The notes beneath the pieces are model-generated. The model worked only from the letters and a program-made list of their open reading frames with translations. It searched no databases and was not told the origin of the DNA. From NCBI RefSeq assembly GCF_030684315.1, contig NC_081392.1, forward strand, positions 2,689,387 through 2,753,386: a stretch of 64,000 nt of DNA. The letters run 5' to 3'. Both the position numbers and the translations under genes were made by a program. Source of the DNA: Stegostoma tigrinum (taxonomy: Eukaryota). This document shows positions 52,548-64,000 of this stretch, piece by piece. Position 1 is the first letter of the stretch. Every line of letters starts with the position of its first letter.

Positions 52548-54007
52548 CGGTGACAAGGGGCCTCTGTGATCCCAGTCGACAAAAGCTCCTGACACCTTCA
52601 GAACGAGCAAATGGGTCCAGGAGAGAGAGCAACGAGAAAAAAGCAAGCAGTGAAGTAGCATAATGTTACATCCTAAAACTTTAACTAATGAAGCAGTTTG
52701 TTTAAATTGCTTCAGTCCAGTAACTAACATTTCACTTTATTGCATTAATTTTGTCGAAAACTATTTCACAAGCAAACAGGTTTCCATTATTATATCTTTG
52801 CACCTCAGCGTTACACGGATTTAGCAAATGCTGTACTTCAAATAATTAGCTTTTTTATTGATCATTTTTTGAGGAGATGAATTCAAGATTTTTGTTTCAC
52901 AACCAATGTTTTCATCGAAATTCATTTGCTATTATCTGATAAATCGGCGGTAAATCTCGCCTCATTGAGGTTTTTGGACGAAATCTTTCAAACCACAACA
53001 AAAGGCAACTGCACCAAAAATGAACCAGATCTCAGTTATGCGCAAACTAAGATAAATCACTTGTTTATTTTAAAGAGCTTTTCTTTGACTTTTGCCTGTA
53101 ATCTGTTCAAAGCTGACGCGTGTGACTCGGTTTTTTTTGTTCAGAGGGTAAGCGAGGTGGTTTAGAAAAAATCAGGTTTAATTGCTGAAACGCGTGCCCC
53201 CTGATTCCGCTCCACTGCCTGTGTGTGCGTTTTGTTGAGAGGGGAATTATTGTGGGGATACTAGGGGTATTTTGTCTCTCTCTAGAGGGAGGGAGGAGAG
53301 GGTGGGGGTTGGTAGTTTAGGTTATTATAGTGGTGCTGCCCCGAGTCAGCTGTATGTTAATCCTGAAACACCTGCCCCATCCAAGGAATAAACAGTTCTT
53401 TCTCTCTCAGCTTCCCCTCCCTCCCTCTGCCACCCTCTTCAAACCATATAGTGTGTCCGAACGTCGCCTTTAGCATCTGCGCCGATTCAACAACATTGCA
53501 ACGCATCGGCCCGCACACTGGAACAAGTCTTGGTGTCAAATACCCCCGCCCCTCTTCACCTGCCTACTCCATTCGCTTCAAAAATGGTGTGGGGTGTTTT
53601 ACTTTTGCAGAGGAGATGGTGTTAGACAGATCCGAATGATTTTCCTCTCCATACATAAGTGCATGGATGGGCCGTTCCGAGTCCAGCTCGCTTGGAACCA
53701 AACCTGCTCAGAAATACGGATCAGGGTTTATCAGCCTGTGGCAATGAGTTTAGATTCAGACGTGAGGCCAGCCATCTGTTTGTACCCTCTCCAACGCCCT
53801 CTTCCCTCTCCAGCACCAACACACTCTCCTCAAATAGACCGTGCTCTCTCGCATGGTATTTTTTTTATCTCTGTCTCTTTCTCTGTAAATGATTTCAAAA
53901 CTTTCAGCATCAGACAGGAGACAATGGAATGTTGAACTCATTTGCGTATCTCAGAAGGTATTGTTCCATTCCCAGCTCTTCAAACATCCCAAAAGTTAGA
54001 GCATCTG

Positions 54008-54026
54008 CCCCCCCCCCCCCCCCCCC
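54008..54026. repeat. Poly-C tract (19 nt)
   Basis: Direct observation. Confidence 0.9.
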
Positions 54027-56739
54027 GCCATCCAACAATTGATTCGTTCGTTTTAAAGTTTCTTTAAGTACCAATGTCCTTAGGTATTTCGTACCACTCT
54101 GTAAACTTCTCTGGGAGTGATTTATCCTGATCAGCACTCCCCTCATCCCAGCTTTCTGGAAAGTGTTGGAGAAAGAGGGGAATTTAGTTAAAGACCTGGA
54201 AAAAAACATCCGATAAAAATCGAAACGAATGAATTGCTTCAATATATCTGAAGAAACAATTTTAACTTTTGAAAATCAATTTGTTAATTAACCCCAGTTT
54301 GAGCAATGTTCGAACGTCTGTTTTTGTATGAGCTAGTATCGCTAATTTTAACATTTAACTTTTTGAATAGTATCTTAAAGAATTATTGATTCTGACATGG
54401 TTCTTTTTTAATGGGGTGGGGGGAACATTTGGTGGACGCCACATGTTCCGTCAGATAGGCTGGAACATGACAGAGGGAGCAGATTTGCAAACTGTTGCTC
54501 TCCCTCTCCCACTCTCTCTCTCTCTCTCTCTTCCCCTCTCGGCCCCTCTGGTATTGTCATTGTAATGAGACAGACGCGTGCCTCATCTGCCGCTCTGCTT
54601 CACATATTTCCATGGATTGAGGAGGGAAGGGGGTGGTGGGGGATGGTGTGGTGTGGGGAGAAACAACCGGCCACGCTTCAAGACCAGCGACACTAGAGCG
54701 GGGTTTGGTGGTGGGGGAGGGCGGAGGGAAGTGGACAGAAAGAGCCAAACCTTCATTGTCATCTCCACATCTCTCTCTCGCATCTCAGAGATGGGCTAGG
54801 CGTGTGCAAGCAGGTCAATTCAACCCAAATGCTACTGCTGCCATCGAGGCAACATTGGAACCTCCAGCCCATTTCTGAAGCGATGACATTTTCATTGCAC
54901 CTAGACCGATGGTTCCCGCGCTATTTGTGGGCAGGAGTTGCAGTTTAATTAAGAATAAAACTGCTTCTTTTTCAAAACAAAATTGCTTAAAGTTTCACAT
55001 TCCCAACTTTGGATCATCTAAGCATAGTTAATTGAATGACGTGCAGAGAATTTTTTTAAAGCGGGATTCCAGCAGACAATGAAAACAGATATGCGTATCT
55101 GGAGAGGGAGCAAAACTGTTAGATATCTAATGAAGTTGGCACGGCAGGTAGCTATTTGCAAATAGCCTTGTGACTAATGTAGGGCAGAATACATGACTGC
55201 GCACAGTTATATTTCACCCTGAAGATTTCACAGAAAAGAAAACAATGATTTGTTAATGGCGGATTAATTCTGTAGATTTATTGAAATTTATAATGTCTGT
55301 GCAAGTTTCAGGCTTGCAGTGAGAAAGTGGTAGTTCCTTTCTGTCTAATGGCTCCAGGCTGTATTTCCTTTAATTATATTATTGCGTTGTTAATGAGTTT
55401 TTTAACACTTGCGGCGTCTCGCCCGTTTATTGCGGGCGGAATGCATTTCTTCCTGTGAGCGCTGGCCCCTGTAAATAACCATTTGTGCTTCAAGTCTGTC
55501 GATCCGCTGTTTCAGTATCAGCGCCTCCGGTATTTTAACATCCTGCCAGCAAATGTTTGGGCCCTTGCCCTGGCCCCAGGACCTGGGCTTTTGCCCAAAT
55601 GCTCCCCTGACTCCCACGAGCGGGAAGGGTTGTACCGGAAAATTCCGAGCGGCAATTCCCCGAATTCAGGAGCCTTGCAAATCCGTCCGCATCTTCGCAA
55701 ATCACCCAGGAAATGGTGTTGAAGCGGGCGCCACTAAATACTAAGCATTACTTAACAAGTCGCTGCATAGATGGATGGATGAGTAGGTAGATAGATAGAT
55801 AGATAGGTAAACAGAAACTGAATTTTAGGTAGACACAAATAAATTCATATGTGCAGATATATAGAAACACATGGAGGCATATATAGATGCCAGGAGCATG
55901 GGAAGGCATGGACCGTGATGATCATGGGTGTAATGCCCACTTCATTGAATGACTGACATGGTGATCAGCCAGTCTGTATTGAAAAATGATGTGAAAGAGA
56001 TGGTGAAGGAACATTGGAGGTAGAGAGGAGAAAGATCTGACAGAGGAGTGGGGAGGGTCAATGCAAGTGGAGTGAAGGGAGCAAATGGAAAGTTCAGAGA
56101 AGAGGATGGAGGACAGTGAAGGAGAGGAAAGGAAAGGTCAGTCTGCAAAGCTGCTACTGTGTGGCTTGGGTCAGTAGCTGGCACTAGGGCACAGCTCAGC
56201 ACTGAGGAATCTGCTGTCTGGCACTAGTACCACTATTCAATCTCCCAGTGAAGGCAGACGGGACTGCAGAAACTAGAACAGCCACTTGGAATGTCCAGAA
56301 GCACAAAGTATCCTCCAACCAATTAATCAATGGACCCAAGTCAAAAATCCCCTTTAAAAACATTATTTGTAAATGCTGATTCTCTCAGCAAGTGGTCAGT
56401 ACACAGTGGTAATGGTTCAGGTTGCATTAGTATGGGCAAAGGGTGGAGAGAGATGTACGGATGTCAGTAGATTTTAAGTAGCTAGATTATCTAACTGGAG
56501 ACAAGAAGGAAATCTGAAATGGAAATGGAGGTACAAACAGAGATGAATAATACTCAAACCCTAACTGGACGATCTATCATACAGGGAGGATGATTTGAAC
56601 AGAGATCAGAGGTCACTTAGATTTGCAGCATCACTGAGACAACAACATGACTAAATTTATCCATTCTAGTTTATAAAGTTTTATTGTACATAGATCAAAT
56701 TAAAGGTAGCAAGTCTGTAGAGATATAATGGAGTAATAT

Positions 56740-57135
56740 GTTTATTTATCAACTAACTAAAGATAATGACTTGGATGAGGGAAGTGAATGTACTATCGCA
56801 ATGACACATGTAAAAATTGGGAAGACAAGTGGTGAGGTTGACACATATAGTGAAGGGCTATAGACAGGTTAAAAGAATTAACAAAACTTAGTAGATGGAC
56901 TATAGTTTGGGAAAATGTGGAGTTATTCACTTTGGCAGGAAAATTAGAGGAGCTGAATATTATTTAAATGGAGAATGACTGTTGAAAGCTATAACACCGA
57001 AAACTTTGGAGGTCGTTGTGCATAAATCAAAAACAAAAAGCTAGCATCTGAGTTCAGCAGGTAATAGGGAAGGCGAGTATGCTGTTAGTCATTCTGTCAA
57101 AGGGAATAAAGTACAAAAATAGTGAAGTTTCGCTA
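56740..57135 (+). mobile_element. Decayed CR1 RT fragment
   Basis: aatgacttggatgaggga..., aaatgtggagttattcactttgg similar to the CR1 RT region. Confidence 0.65.
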
Positions 57136-57649
57136 AGATGTGTGTACAGAGTTAGTGTATCATGTGATTATAACTATGTGCATATTATATTCATCGTATC
57201 CAGCAGAGTGAGGCATGGTGGAGGGGAAAGGTGGGGTTCCACTGCCACAAACAACTATAATTCAGCAAGGTAGTTCAGCTCTGTTTTTCTGGAAACACCG
57301 CCTTCACAGCATTTCAACAACATGATGGATGTGGAGGACCCAGAAGGAGTGATTCTCTCCCAGGACACAGCCAAGGCAAATATGAGATACCCCTCTGTCA
57401 AGGCCATAGGCAGCAGAGAACACCACAGCTTCAGAGCACAAAAGGGCAATATCCTCTACTGATCTGACACAACATTTGGGAGTCCCTCCAATTTTCTGAT
57501 TTCTCAATTGTAAATTTAGTCAGGGCAATGGGAATAGATCAAATGCTAATTAATTTCAGGACAATGTGGTACTTCATATCAAGGAAAGAACAGTGATAGG
57601 AAGAGAGAATTTGAGGCTTTTAAACAACACTATGTGAAAAACTGAGCAA

Positions 57650-60600
57650 TTTCAAGGGTGAATTAGATAGATTTTTAATTTACAAGGAAGGTCAAATATT
57701 ATGGGAGGAGCAGACCAGAAATTGAAATCTGGTCTCAGTAATGACTATGGAATTATCATCAATTGTTATGAAAACCCATCCAATTCACTAATATCCTTTT
57801 GAGAGTCCAATGTGCTGTTCTTACCCAATCTGATCAACATGTGGCTCCAGGTCCATAGCAATGTATTTGACCTCTAACTGCCCTGTGAACTGGCCTTGCA
57901 AGCCACTCAAAGAATCATACAGAATGGAAACCCCTTGGTCCAACTCGACCAAGTTGACCAGACGTCTCAATCTGAACTAATCCCATTTGCCAGCATTTTG
58001 CCCCTATCCCTGTAAACCTTTTTTTATTTATATTCCTATCCAAATGCCTTTTAAATTTTATAATTGTACCAGCCTCCACCACTTCCTCTGGCAGATTGTT
58101 CCATACACACACCACCCACTTGCATGGAAAAGTTACTGTGAGGTCCTTTTCAAATATTTCCCCTCTCACTTTAAACCTCTAGTTATCATTTTAAGGACAG
58201 TTAAGGTTGGGCACATGGCTGTAACAATCAAGTCCCATGAAAGAATAAAAAATAGCCTAATTTTAGGACCTGTACGTTCTAGCTTCATTTTGCCAAATAG
58301 CTCTGCTGAAATATTCTGACCATTTCCCAATGTCTTTGTCTTATTTTGACATTGATTAATACAATTTCTAAGATATTAGATTTATTTTTTAACTGCAAAT
58401 GACTGTGGCGAGTGTGTAAAATATAAGCCTGCCACTGTAAATGCATCTGGATGATTGTAGAATTAATAGTTCCTATGTTGCCTAACATTTCCAAACACTG
58501 GCACATTGCTGTTAGATAGATATATTTCTTGCCTTTATGTGAGTTGTTTTTAATTTCCCTTGTACCAGAGGTAGACACAAGGTCTGACCCTAAAAATGTT
58601 GCCCTTACCCAGCTCTCAAGGGGTATTAACTAAATATTACATCCTTTTATTCCAGCCACAGGTCTGCTGTTCACACAGTGGGACATCCTTAAGTAATGTG
58701 TTGATGATTTTGTTAATAATTCTGACATGTTTTTCACTATAATCATACCTTACAGCTACACATGGGAGTTCTAATCTAATATCCAGGCACGTGTGTCTCT
58801 CTTTGTGAAATTATAACACAGCAGTTAGTGAGTAAAGATTGCAATTACATTAATACGTCAAGTAATTGAAAGGGTATGCGCATATGATTTTATATTCATG
58901 GAGCTGGAGGTAGACACACACACATAAATACAGATATATACATGCACAATCACACCCACATGCATATACTCACATACGCACCCTGACACTCATTTATACA
59001 CATATTCACACACTCTTACAGACACACATAAGAACAGACCGTACACACATATAAACATAAAACACATTTAAAGGTCGACACACACATTACACAGAGATAC
59101 AGACAAATATAAATGCAGATACACACCTATTAAGCCTAAGGTATACACACAGACATATATGTAAATCCACACATAAAGACACAGACTCATACATATAAAT
59201 ATATGCATAATAAGGCCAGGATGCCATTTGTATTCTAAGGAATTGCTTTCTCTGCGTGCTAATTTTCAGTGTTCCTTGGGTGTGCTCAGATAGAATCATA
59301 CAGTGGTTACCACACAGAGCAGGCCATTCAGTTTGTTTTAGCTGTGCCAACTTTCTACAAGAGTAATTCACCTAATCCTACTCTAGCCTTTTCCCTGTAT
59401 TCCTGCATTATTTTCTTTCGTTGGAGTTGATAAGACTGAAATGATATATTTTTTTAAACAAATCAGATCTTGAGGAGGAGACAACAAAACTGCAAATGCT
59501 AGAATCCAAGGTAGACAAACAGGAAGCCAGAAGAACACAGCAGGCCAGGCAGCATGTGGAGGAAAGGAGCAATCAATATTTCGGGAATTACGTTCTTGAA
59601 GCTCCTTTCCTCCAGATGGCTAGAGTAAGATTAGGTGAATTAAACTTGTTGGCACAGCTAAAACAAACTGAATGGTCTGCTCTGTGTGGTAACCACTGTA
59701 TGATTCTATCTGAGCACACCCAAGGAACACAGAAAATTAGCACGCAGAGAAAGCAATTCCTTAGAATACAAATGGCATCCTGGCCTTATTATGCATACAT
59801 TTATATCTTTATGTGTGGATTTATATATATATGTGTCTGTGTGTACACCTTAGGCTTAATAGATATGTATCTGCATTTATATGTGTCTGTATTTCTGTGT
59901 AATGTGTGTAACGACCTTTAAATGTGTTTTGTGCTTATATGTGTGTGCAGTCTGTTCTTATGCGTGTCTGTTAGAGTGTGTGAATATGTGTATATATGGG
60001 TGACAGCGTGTGATTGTGCATGGGAGTGTGATTGTGTGTGTGTGTACATCTGGGTGTGTGTATGTGAGTGTTTGCATGTGGGTGTGATTGTGGATGTATA
60101 TATCCGTATTTATGTGTGTGTGTCTACCCCCAGGTCCATGAATATCAAATCACATGTGCACACCCTTTCAATTACTTGACGTATAAATGTAATTGCAATC
60201 TTTATTCACTAACCGCTGCGTTATAATTTCACAAAGAGAGACACACATGCCTGGATATTAGATTAGAATTCCCATGTGTAACCACAAGGTACGTTTATAG
60301 TGAAAATCATGTCAGGATTATCAACAAAATCATCAACACATTAGTTAAAGTTGTCCCATTGTGAGAACAACAGACCTGTGGCTGGAATAAATGGATGTCA
60401 TGTTTAGTTAATACCCGTTGGAAGCTGGACAAGAGCAACATTTCAGGCTCAGACCCTGTGCCTATCTCTGGTACAAGGGAAATTGAAAAAAAACACACAC
60501 AAAGGCAAGAAAATGTATCTGTCTGAGAGGATTGAGACCAAAGTGCCAGAGTTTGGAAATGTTAGGCAACATAGAAACTATTAATTCTACAATCATTCAG

Positions 60601-61400
60601 ATGCCGTTTGCAGTGACAGGGTTATATTTTACACATTCACTGCAGTCATTTCCAGTTAAAAAATAAATCTATTGTCTTAGAAATTGTATTAAGCAATGTC
60701 AAAATAAGACAAATACATTGGGAAATGGCCAGTATATTTCAGCAGAGCTATTTGGCAAAATGTCCCTAGAATGTACCGACCTTAAAATTAAGCTGTTTAT
60801 TTTTATTCTTCCACAGGACATGATTGTCATAGCCATGTGCCCAACCCTAACTCTCCTTAAATTGAAAACTAGGGGGCATAGGTTTAAAGTGAGAAGGGAA
60901 ATATTTTAAAAAAGACCTCACTGTAACTTTTCCACGCAAGCGGGTGGTATGTGTATGGAACGAGCTGCCAGACGAAGTGATGGAGGCTGGTACAATTACA
61001 ACATTTAAAAGGCATTTGGATAGGAATATGAAGAGGCGGGCTTACAGAGATAGGGACAAAATGCTGGCAAATGGGACTAGGTCAGATTGAGATGCCTGCT
61101 CGGTATGGATGAGTTGGACCAAAGAGTCTATTTCCATGCTGTAAGACTCTTTGAGTGGCTTGCAAGGCCAGTTCAGTGGGCACTTAAGGGTCAGATACAC
61201 TGCTGTGGACCTGGAGCCACATGTTGATCAGTCTGGGTAAGAACAGCACTTTGGAATTCCTAAAGGACATTACTGAATCGGATAGGTTTTCACAACAATT
61301 GATGATAGTTCTATATACACTGAGATTAGATTTCAATTTCTGGTCTGCTCCTCCCACCTTCCTTGTACATTAAAAATCTATCTAACTCAACCTTGAACTT
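57650..61400. repeat. Large inverted duplication, arms ~57650-59388 and 59618-~61400, spacer 229 bp
   Basis: Colinear reverse-complement match across SINE, CR1, unique and (CA)-rich segments; the ORF track shows the same peptide on opposite strands (59087- and 59496+). Confidence 0.95.
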
Positions 61401-61478
61401 ATACCCGAAACGTTGACTGCTTTTTTCCTCCAGATGCTGCCCACCTGCTGTTTTCTTCCAGCCTCCTGTTTGTCTACC
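59475..61478. mobile_element. PLE-type fold-back element (subfamily 3) split by a captured inverted copy of flanking DNA
   Basis: Left arm 59479-59617, return arm 61401-61479; degenerate TSD tcagatcttgag/tcacattttgag. Confidence 0.75.
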
Positions 61479-62268
61479 TCACATTTTGAGAGGTTTGACA
61501 GACTGGACACGGCAAGGATGTTTCTTCTTGTGGAGGAACTGGAGCTAAGGAGCTCCATTTCAAAATAAGGGTTCTGCAGTTTATGGTAGAAATGAGATGG
61601 TAGAGATGCTTGCAGAGCATTATTAGTATGTGAAATTCACTTCACTGGACAGCAATGTAGGCTTGGCTATTGTATATGTTTGAATCTGAGTTAGATTTAG
61701 TTATCAATAAGAGAGTCAAAGGTTTTGAGAAACAGAGTGGAATTGAGACCAGAACCAGATCATAAATGATGGAACAGACTCGATGGGTCTTATAAGATGA
61801 TCTTATTTCTTAAGTTCTAAAGCAGTCATTATTTTTATGCTTTTAATTCCCTTGTGTTAAGAGTGCAGTATAGTAAGTGGTGTATTGAAGTTCATATGAC
61901 TTTGCTTCTGTATTCTAGCGGGGAATTGCAGAGTGTGCCTGCTTCATTTGATGAACTGCTGGTTGTTGTCTGGGTAGACAGCATGGCTGAAGTTGATACA
62001 AGGACAGCTTTCCTTTGAAAATGTTTCTAGGCTTTCACCTTAATTCTGGTGCTCACCAGGGAGTGATTGTAATCCTCCTGTTATCTGCATCATATCAGTG
62101 CTGTGATAGCTGTGTGTATTGATAGAGCTGTTCTGAAAGTCTTGGGTGATGAGTCAATACAGCTGGTGCCAATGCCCTGATCTTGAATGTCCCCAGGGCA
62201 CCTTGTGGCTATGGTTTGTTCTGAAGTTACATTTGCTTATAGTAACAGCAAGTCTTAAGTAGTTTCTG

Positions 62269-63309
62269 AGATAATGGGAACTGCAGATGCTGGAGAATTC
62301 CAAGATAATGAAATGTGAGGCTGGATGAACACAGCAGGCCAAGAAGCATCTCAGGAGCACAAAAGCTGACGTTTCGGGCCTTGACCCTTCATCAGAGAGA
62401 GGGATGGGGAGAGCGAACTGGAATAAATAGGGAGAGAGGGGGAGGCGGACCGAAGATGGAGAGAAAAGAAGATAGGTGGAGAGAGTGTAGGTGGGGAGGT
62501 AGGGAGGGGATAGGTCAGTCCAGGGAAGACGGACAGGTCAAGGAGGTGGGATGAGGTTAGTAGGTAGATGGGGGTGCGGCTTGGGGTGGGAGGAAGGGAT
62601 GGGTGAGAGGAAGAACCGGTTAGGGAGGCAGAGACAGGTTGGACTGGTTTTGGGATGCAGTGGGTGGGGGGGAAGAGCTGGGCTGGTTGCGTGGTGCAGT
62701 GGGGGGAGGGGACGAACTGGGAACTCTAGATGACATGTCCATCATGGGCCTCCTGCACTGCCACAATGATGCCACCCGAAGGTTGCAGGAACAGCAACTC
62801 ATATTCCGCCTGGGAACCCTGCAGCCATATGGTATCAATGTGGACTTCACCAGTTTCAAAATCTCCCCTTCCCCTACTGCATCCCTAAACCAGCCCAGTT
62901 CGTCCCCTCCCCCCACTGCACCACGCAACCAGCCCAGCTCTTCCCCCCCACCCACTGCATCCCAAAACCAGTCCAACCTGTCTCTGCCTCCCTAACCGGT
63001 TCTTCCTCTCACCCATCCCTTCCTCCCACCCCAAGCCGCACCCCCATCTACCTACTAACCTCATCCCACCTCCTTGACCTGTCCGTCTTCCCTGGACTGA
63101 CCTATCCCCTCCCTACCTCCCCACCTATACTCTCTCCACCTATCTTCTTTACTCTCCATCTTCAGTCCGCCTCCCCCTCTCTCCCTATTTATTCCAGTTC
63201 CCTCTCCCCATCCCCCTCTCTGATGAAGGGTCCAGGCCCGAAACGTCAGCTTTTGTGCTCCTGAGATGCTGCTTGGCCTGCTGTGTTCATCCAGCCTCAC
63301 ATTTCATTA
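62269..63309 (+). mobile_element. Young Penelope-like fold-back element with 420-bp inverted arms
   Basis: Arms 62302-62721 and 62894-63313; centre encodes the PLE C-terminus (..RRLQEQQLIFRLGTLQPYGINVDF); 16-bp TSD tcttaagtagtttctg. Confidence 0.92.
63220..63247 (+). ncRNA. Minimal type I hammerhead ribozyme motif in a PLE pLTR (mirror copy on - strand at 62368-62395)
   Basis: CTGATGA-a-GGG tccagg CCC-GAAA-C-GTC; stem III reduced to the ACGT palindrome. Confidence 0.7.
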
Positions 63310-64000
63310 TCTTAAGTAGTTTCTGTCCATTTTAGATTATCTTTCCTGTGCCCGGATGCCCAAGGAAGGAGAATCATGCCTCACGATCCATAATTACACT
63401 TGCAACAAATTTCCCTTGGGGTCCAAATTTTCTGATTCAGGGATTTGTTCCTTTATATATTTGCCATTAATTGGTAACCCACATACATCTAATAATCCAG
63501 AAATCCACACAGTGATGACATGGGTTCAAATCCACCTCAATAGCTAATAGAATTGGAAGTTTGGTCTCCCCAAGTAAGTCTATGAAATTATCACAGTTTA
63601 TTTCTAAAAAGCCATCTGGTCCACTAATGTTTTAATGGGAAAGAAATCTACCATCCTTACCTGGTCTGACCTACCTGTGACTCCAGACTCACTGCAATAT
63701 GATTGACTCCTAACTGTTCTCTGAATTGGTTCAGCATGTGACTCAAAGCAAGGACCATTAGGAATGAGCAATAAATGCTGGGTTTGCCAGTGACAACCAC
63801 GTCCCACAAAAGAATAAAGGAAAGTAACTCATATTATCCCAATAAGGTAATAGTTATTTGAGTGTTTCTTACTTCTGAACCAATTAGATTCTTTCCATGA
63901 CTCCCTTAGGTCACCTTGTTTATTTATCACTGCAATTTTTTAATCAATAAAGCTACCTCACCTCCTTTCTTTCCTTATTTTATCTCCTGAATATCTTAAA

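Noticed and set aside
57650-61400. Inverted repeat as an assembly artefact
   Set aside because: The arms differ by many substitutions and indels (roughly 10-15% by eye), and the junctions coincide with element structure.

Overview
Vertebrate, non-microbial DNA, most likely a shark or other elasmobranch (HE1-type V-SINEs, Deu-domain SINEs, dense CR1 LINEs and Penelope-like elements). The only complete gene I can find is a Notch ligand of the deltaC/Delta2 type on the minus strand: 10 coding exons from ATG 52220 to TGA 31204, 667 aa. It has a signal peptide, MNNL and DSL domains, 8 EGF repeats, a TM segment and a C-terminal ATEV PDZ ligand; a TATA box lies at ~52510 and an AATAAA at ~30133. About 1.7 kb past its polyA signal sits a lone, splice-competent exon of the ZSWIM4/5/6 family. 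The rest is mostly transposon debris. The most striking pattern is about 17 copies, in 3 sequence subfamilies, of Penelope-derived termini carrying minimal hammerhead-ribozyme motifs. Many are fold-back palindromes with 10-16 bp target-site duplications (TSDs). One of them has captured a ~1.75 kb inverted copy of its own flanking DNA, creating a ~3.75 kb quasi-palindrome at 57.65-61.4 kb. All calls were made by eye; family names rest on remembered consensus sequences, not database searches.
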